NCBI GenBank assembly: GCA_964365275.1
Contig: CAYIOW010000002.1
Location: 1 to 49,041, forward strand
DNA length: 49,041 nucleotides
Direction of reading: 5' to 3'
Source: an uncultured Gammaproteobacteria bacterium
GTDB taxonomy: Bacteria > Patescibacteriota > Patescibacteriia > UBA9934 > UBA11717
Shown here: piece after piece, positions 45,544 through 49,041 of the stretch
Layout of the letters: the number at the start of each line of letters is the position of its first letter
Numbering within the stretch: the stretch's first letter is position 1
Program-made: the position numbers and the translations under genes
Notes under the pieces: model-generated
Seen by the model: the letters and a program-made list of their open reading frames with translations, nothing else
Told to the model about the DNA's origin: nothing
Databases searched by the model: none

Positions 45544-45960
45544 ATGAAAATTGGAATCATTGGCAGTATGCATCACAGCGAGAAAATGCTGGAGATTAAA
45601 GAAAAGTTGGAAAAAATGGGACACTGTGTTATTTGCTCAAAGTTTGTGAACAATTTTATCGGCAAGAATGATGAAGAGAAGGAAGAAATAAAGCTTCATC
45701 AGAAGTATAACATGGACGCTATCAAAGAGTTTTGGAACGATATGCAAGTTGTTGACGCGGTACTCGCTCTAAATTTAGACCGCAAAGGAATCCCGAACTA
45801 CATTGGCGGCAATACTTTCTTAGAGCTCGGTTTTGCGCATGTGCTAGATAAAAAAATATATTTATTCAATCCCGTTCCAGACATTCATTTCTACGACACC
45901 GAAATAATCGCCATGCGGCCGGTTATATTGAATGGGGATTTGGCGAGGATTGGTCAGTAG
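45544..45960 (+). CDS. nucleoside 2-deoxyribosyltransferase-like protein (second copy in window)
   Basis: MKIGIIGSM start and GGNTFLELGFAHVLDKKIYLF match the NDT-like layout. The ORF track start at 45529 is TTG. Confidence 0.5.
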   Translation: MKIGIIGSMHHSEKMLEIKEKLEKMGHCVICSKFVNNFIGKNDEEKEEIKLHQKYNMDAIKEFWNDMQVVDAVLALNLDRKGIPNYIGGNTFLELGFAHVLDKKIYLFNPVPDIHFYDTEIIAMRPVILNGDLARIGQ

Positions 45961-46130
45961 AATAAATCTTATATGTAATGTTATTTAACCGCTTCTTTGT
46001 TGCCGAATTGCCTTATCCATTCATAAACTCACTCGTTCCAACCCTTGGGTTTTTTCTTTCAACCTTGACTGTTCCGTGGGTGAAAGCAATTTGGATAAAG
46101 CGGAATAAGTAGGAGAAAGGATACATTGAC

Positions 46131-46166
46131 CGACAAACAAAAGAGACGCTCCGCAGTGTCTCTTTT
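46131..46166 (-). terminator. rho-independent terminator (usable in both directions)
   Basis: AAAAGAGAC-N10-GTCTCTTTT, with T-rich sequence following on both strands. Confidence 0.65.
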
Positions 46167-46179
46167 GGTTCAGTTCTTG

Positions 46180-46743
46180 TTATTTCCCTTTCACTTCCAC
46201 CTGTAATTCATTCGCCCAATAATTCTTCCCTCCTATTTCAGCGTGGACGCGGAGGTAGATAGTGCCGCTTTCCGGCGTTTTGAGATTGGTCTCAAACGCG
46301 GCGGGAATTGCGAACGAGCCGCTTGAATACTCGGTGGTTGCGTTCGGATACTGCTTTCCCGGCGCTGTATTTTCATCAAATGTGTTATCTGCCTTTGAAG
46401 CAGTTCCCCAATGCACACCCGTATGCGTTATGGTTCCAGCTTCAGGAGCAGAAACCTGCCAATCAACGCCGATGAAGCTGTTCGGCTCGGCGCTTTCGGC
46501 GGTTTTCACTTCGTAAATGCCGGGAATTGGACGAGCAATTACCGCATTATCGGCCGGGGCGTTCGCTTCGGGAGACGGCGCTTGCGCAGGCGGCACATTC
46601 TTCTGCAAAACGAACAAAACTATCGCGACCACAATCACTATACCAACCACCCACACCCATCCGTACTCCGACGCACCCTCCGGCACCGGCACTTCGGTCG
46701 GATCCGGAGAAAGACCCAAGTCCTCCTGTTCTTGATTGTCCAT
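46180..46743 (-). CDS. membrane-anchored extracytoplasmic protein
   Basis: Acidic N-terminus, TM WVWVVGIVIVVAIVLFVL, P/A-rich linker, beta-rich C-terminal domain. Confidence 0.55.
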   Translation of the reverse strand: MDNQEQEDLGLSPDPTEVPVPEGASEYGWVWVVGIVIVVAIVLFVLQKNVPPAQAPSPEANAPADNAVIARPIPGIYEVKTAESAEPNSFIGVDWQVSAPEAGTITHTGVHWGTASKADNTFDENTAPGKQYPNATTEYSSGSFAIPAAFETNLKTPESGTIYLRVHAEIGGKNYWANELQVEVKGK

Positions 46744-46815
46744 ATATTGAATGAAAAGGATAAGACCCTATAATGGTACGCCTTCCGTGGAGGGTGGCAA
46801 GAGGGGTCAAATCAA

Positions 46816-46890
46816 GGAATCGTGGAATCAATGAATCAACGAATGTGGCAAAGCGTCGCGAATTCCCTGATTCATGGATTCATTGATTCA
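46816..46890. repeat. GAATCA/TGATTC inverted-repeat element, copy 2
   Basis: GGAATCGTGGAATCAATGAATCAACGAAT ... GCGTCGCGAATTC ... TGATTCATGGATTCATTGATTCA. It lies in the divergent region between 46743 (-) and the metK-like gene (+). Confidence 0.75.
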
Positions 46891-46894
46891 GGTG

Positions 46895-46903
46895 TGATAA
46901 GTT
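46895..46903 (+). promoter_or_regulatory. extended -10-like TGaTAAGTT, 8 nt before the ATG at 46912
   Basis: TGATAAGTT-ATCGATAT-ATG. Confidence 0.35.
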
Positions 46904-46911
46904 ATCGATAT

Positions 46912-47955
46912 ATGATCAAGGTGGCTGAACACCATTTAGAGGGGCATCCGGACAAGATTTGCGACCAAATTGCGGATGCGATTTTAGACGAATTCGTGCG
47001 GCGAGACGAAAAAACGCGGGCTGATATTTCGGTTTTTGGAGGACATGGCGCTGTTATGATTTCCGGCGAAGTTATGTCAAAGGCGGATTTTGACTGCGCT
47101 GAAATAGCAAAGCGGGTTTATCGCGATATAGGATATGAAGACGAAGTGGAGCCGTTCGTGCATTTAGGCGCGCCGCCGTCGGCGTGGCAAGAAGGCGTTT
47201 CAAAGAATGCTCCCATTGATAGAGCGCTTTGCACTGGATTTGCCGCGAAAGCGACAAGAGAGTTTCTTTCTCCGGCAAATGTATTCGCATCACTTTTGGC
47301 GGAAAAGATAGATGAAGCGAGACGGCACGATGCCAATATGAACTGGCTTCGGCCTGACGGAAGCGTATGGGTTGGTATGGATGGAAATCGTGTAACCTCC
47401 GTTGGTATATTTTGCCAACATACTGAAGGCGCCTTAGTTCAGCAGGTATATGGAGGCGTATTGGACAGAATCATCAGGCCGGTAATTGGTAATGTGGACG
47501 GGGTGAAGCTTTTCGTTAATTCGGGAGGTTCATTTGTGGAAGGTGGATTCAAAAAAACCGTAGGGCAATCCGGGTCTGCAATTGCGTCAGACCTTTATGG
47601 AGGTCTATTGCCTCTTGGAATGGGTGGTTTGTCAGGTAAAGATGGCTCGCATCCACTTCGCGCCGGAACATATATGGCGCGACACATAGCGAAGTCGTTG
47701 GTTGTCTCTGGCGCGTCAATGCAGGTTTTCGTGAAAATGTTGTATGCGCCTGGACGGGTTGACCCAGTTATCTTTGAGGTTGTTGGTGATTCTGGCATTG
47801 ACCTTACCGAAGTGGCGAAAAAGAACTTTGACCTTCATATTGAATCAATAGTTGAAAAGTTCGGCCTCCGCAAACCAATCTTCCGCAGATACTCCGCTTC
47901 CGGTCCAATTGGCAAAGTCGGCGCGCCATGGGAGGAAGTGAGTGCGATATCGTGA
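46912..47955 (+). CDS. metK: divergent S-adenosylmethionine synthetase-like protein (347 aa)
   Basis: Start at MIKVAEHHLEGHPDKICDQIADAILD (MetK N-terminal motif). WLRPDG, DLYGG and GGLSGKD are retained, but GAGDQG, GD.G and TGRK are not. The ORF track start at 46822 (GTG) would translate the repeat element. Confidence 0.65.
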   Translation: MIKVAEHHLEGHPDKICDQIADAILDEFVRRDEKTRADISVFGGHGAVMISGEVMSKADFDCAEIAKRVYRDIGYEDEVEPFVHLGAPPSAWQEGVSKNAPIDRALCTGFAAKATREFLSPANVFASLLAEKIDEARRHDANMNWLRPDGSVWVGMDGNRVTSVGIFCQHTEGALVQQVYGGVLDRIIRPVIGNVDGVKLFVNSGGSFVEGGFKKTVGQSGSAIASDLYGGLLPLGMGGLSGKDGSHPLRAGTYMARHIAKSLVVSGASMQVFVKMLYAPGRVDPVIFEVVGDSGIDLTEVAKKNFDLHIESIVEKFGLRKPIFRRYSASGPIGKVGAPWEEVSAIS

Positions 47956-47992
47956 TGGGTCTTGTAGATTAAAATGGTACACTTAGACAACT

Positions 47993-48436
47993 ATGAAATA
48001 CTTTCCTATCGCCCTTCTCGCAATCGTTTTCTTTTTCTTTGGCGCAGGATGTGCGTCATCTTCAACCGATACGATATCGGATTCAAGCATATCGCCGTCG
48101 GTTGTTTTAGAAAGTCGTATCGTGGTTGATGTTCCGCAACCGAACGATTTAGTCGCAAGTCCGCTTGAGATTTCAGGAAAGGCGCGAGGACCGTGGTATT
48201 TTGAAGGGTCGTTTGTGATTGATTTGGTTGATGTGAACGGTGAAGACATCGGAACTGGACTTGCAACCGCAGACGGCGAGTGGACAACGGAGGACTTTGT
48301 GCCGTTTACTTCAACGATGGAATTCATCGCGGAGCCGACCGCCGATACGGGAAAGCTGATTTTTTACAAAGAGAACCCATCCGGGCTTCCTGAAAATGAC
48401 GCATCATTTGAAGTCCTTGTTAAATTCAAGGAATAA
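47993..48436 (+). CDS. lipoprotein with a Gmad2-type Ig-like domain
   Basis: Lipobox FFFGAGC. LEISGKARGPWYFEGSFVIDLVDVNGEDIG matches the Gmad2 pattern. Confidence 0.55.
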   Translation: MKYFPIALLAIVFFFFGAGCASSSTDTISDSSISPSVVLESRIVVDVPQPNDLVASPLEISGKARGPWYFEGSFVIDLVDVNGEDIGTGLATADGEWTTEDFVPFTSTMEFIAEPTADTGKLIFYKENPSGLPENDASFEVLVKFKE

Positions 48437-48437
48437 T

Positions 48438-48779
48438 ATGGGCCGTCGCGGAATAAAGACGATTGAAATGCCGAGCGTGCCTGAACCGAGCGGAGCGGAG
48501 GTTAGTTTACTTGCCGCGGAGATTAATCCGGATACTGAAACATTGGATTTGCACGGAATGGACAAAATTGAAGCCGAACATGCCGTTGAATTATTTATTG
48601 ACAGGGCATTTACGGCGCATACATACGCAGTGCGCATCGTTCACGGCGTAGGGTCCGGCGCGCTTCGCGATATGGTGCGAAGAATCCTGGATAAGCACCC
48701 GCTTGTGGAAAAATGGCGTCCCGCGCCACAGCCGTATACCGCCGGCACGGTGCATGTCGCGTTGGTGAAGAGAAAATGA
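48438..48779 (+). CDS. Smr-domain protein
   Basis: Start lies 1 nt after the upstream stop (TAAtATG). LDLHGM ... RIVHGVGSGALR is the Smr signature. Confidence 0.75.
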   Translation: MGRRGIKTIEMPSVPEPSGAEVSLLAAEINPDTETLDLHGMDKIEAEHAVELFIDRAFTAHTYAVRIVHGVGSGALRDMVRRILDKHPLVEKWRPAPQPYTAGTVHVALVKRK

Positions 48780-48800
48780 GTGATAACATATTTTAGATGT

Positions 48801-48897
48801 AAATAATATCGTCTATATGCCCTCCCTCTGCCAAGACATAGCAAACGAATACAACGAACTCATTAAATTAAGAGACGCCTTTCTAATTGAGCATAAT
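48801..48897 (+). repeat. 97-nt direct repeat, copy 2
   Basis: See 41189-41285. The three mismatches are at repeat positions 10, 11 and 40. Confidence 0.9.
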
Positions 48898-49041
48898 GAA
48901 GGAAAAGAAACGGGAGACCTGAAGAAACTGAACAAGTCCAAAAGAGAACTTGAAAAGAAAAGAGATTCTCTAATGGAGAAGTTATGGTCTCCTTACTATT
49001 ATCCCAGAGAGCTTAAAAGAGTTGAAAAGAAAGATAACTAT
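48817..49041 (+). CDS. hypothetical coiled-coil protein, 5' part (runs off the window)
   Basis: MPSLCQDIANEYNELIKLRDAFLIEHNEGKETGDLKKLNKSKRELEKKRDSLMEKLW..., open to the end of the window. It is not in the ORF track because there is no stop. Confidence 0.5.
   Translation, partial: MPSLCQDIANEYNELIKLRDAFLIEHNEGKETGDLKKLNKSKRELEKKRDSLMEKLWSPYYYPRELKRVEKKDNY

Noticed and set aside
46744-46911. A SAM riboswitch upstream of the metK-like gene.
   Set aside because: The region is occupied by the GAATCA inverted-repeat element. I could not see the four-way junction or the conserved SAM-I/II/III core sequences.

Overview
This 49-kb window is a compact, gene-dense stretch of bacterial chromosome, and most of it is housekeeping. 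Recognisable genes are thrS, miaA, gatB, a long thyX, dCMP deaminase, secE-nusG-rplK-rplA, gyrB, a RodA/FtsW-family gene, rplY, prmC-prfA-rpmE, rpsB-tsf, a glycolytic block (gap, pgk, eno, gpmI), mltG, pcrA/uvrD, malic enzyme, dinB, lexA and a divergent metK-like gene. Between them lie many membrane-anchored orphan genes. Several traits suggest a small-genome uncultivated lineage such as CPR/Patescibacteria: a ThrRS without a TGS domain, a short EF-Ts, 1-nt stop/start junctions, and -10 elements placed 8-9 nt from the ATG. This assignment is inference only. I found no CRISPR array, transposase, integrase, rRNA or canonical tRNA. The standard genetic code fits, because TGA ends well-supported genes. 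The most unusual content is non-coding. (1) A ~470-nt ORF-free, highly structured region sits between lexA and orf85-dinB and contains a tRNA-like module. (2) A 76-nt atypical tRNA gene at 12872-12947 shares with that module a G3:U70 + A73 acceptor (the alanine identity set) and a non-canonical G-U-G-C T-loop. (3) Three families of short structured repeats are present: two long hairpins with a shared 12-mer/7-mer core, a 40-nt C/G-rich palindrome found both between genes and inside prmC, and GAATCA/TGATTC inverted-repeat elements at promoter regions. (4) A 97-nt direct repeat (94/97 identical) flanks 7.6 kb. (5) The MetK-like protein lacks most catalytic residues, and the ThyX is a fused pseudo-dimer. 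CDS coordinates follow the ORF track, with starts re-evaluated by hand. Features I located by hand may be off by 1-2 nt.
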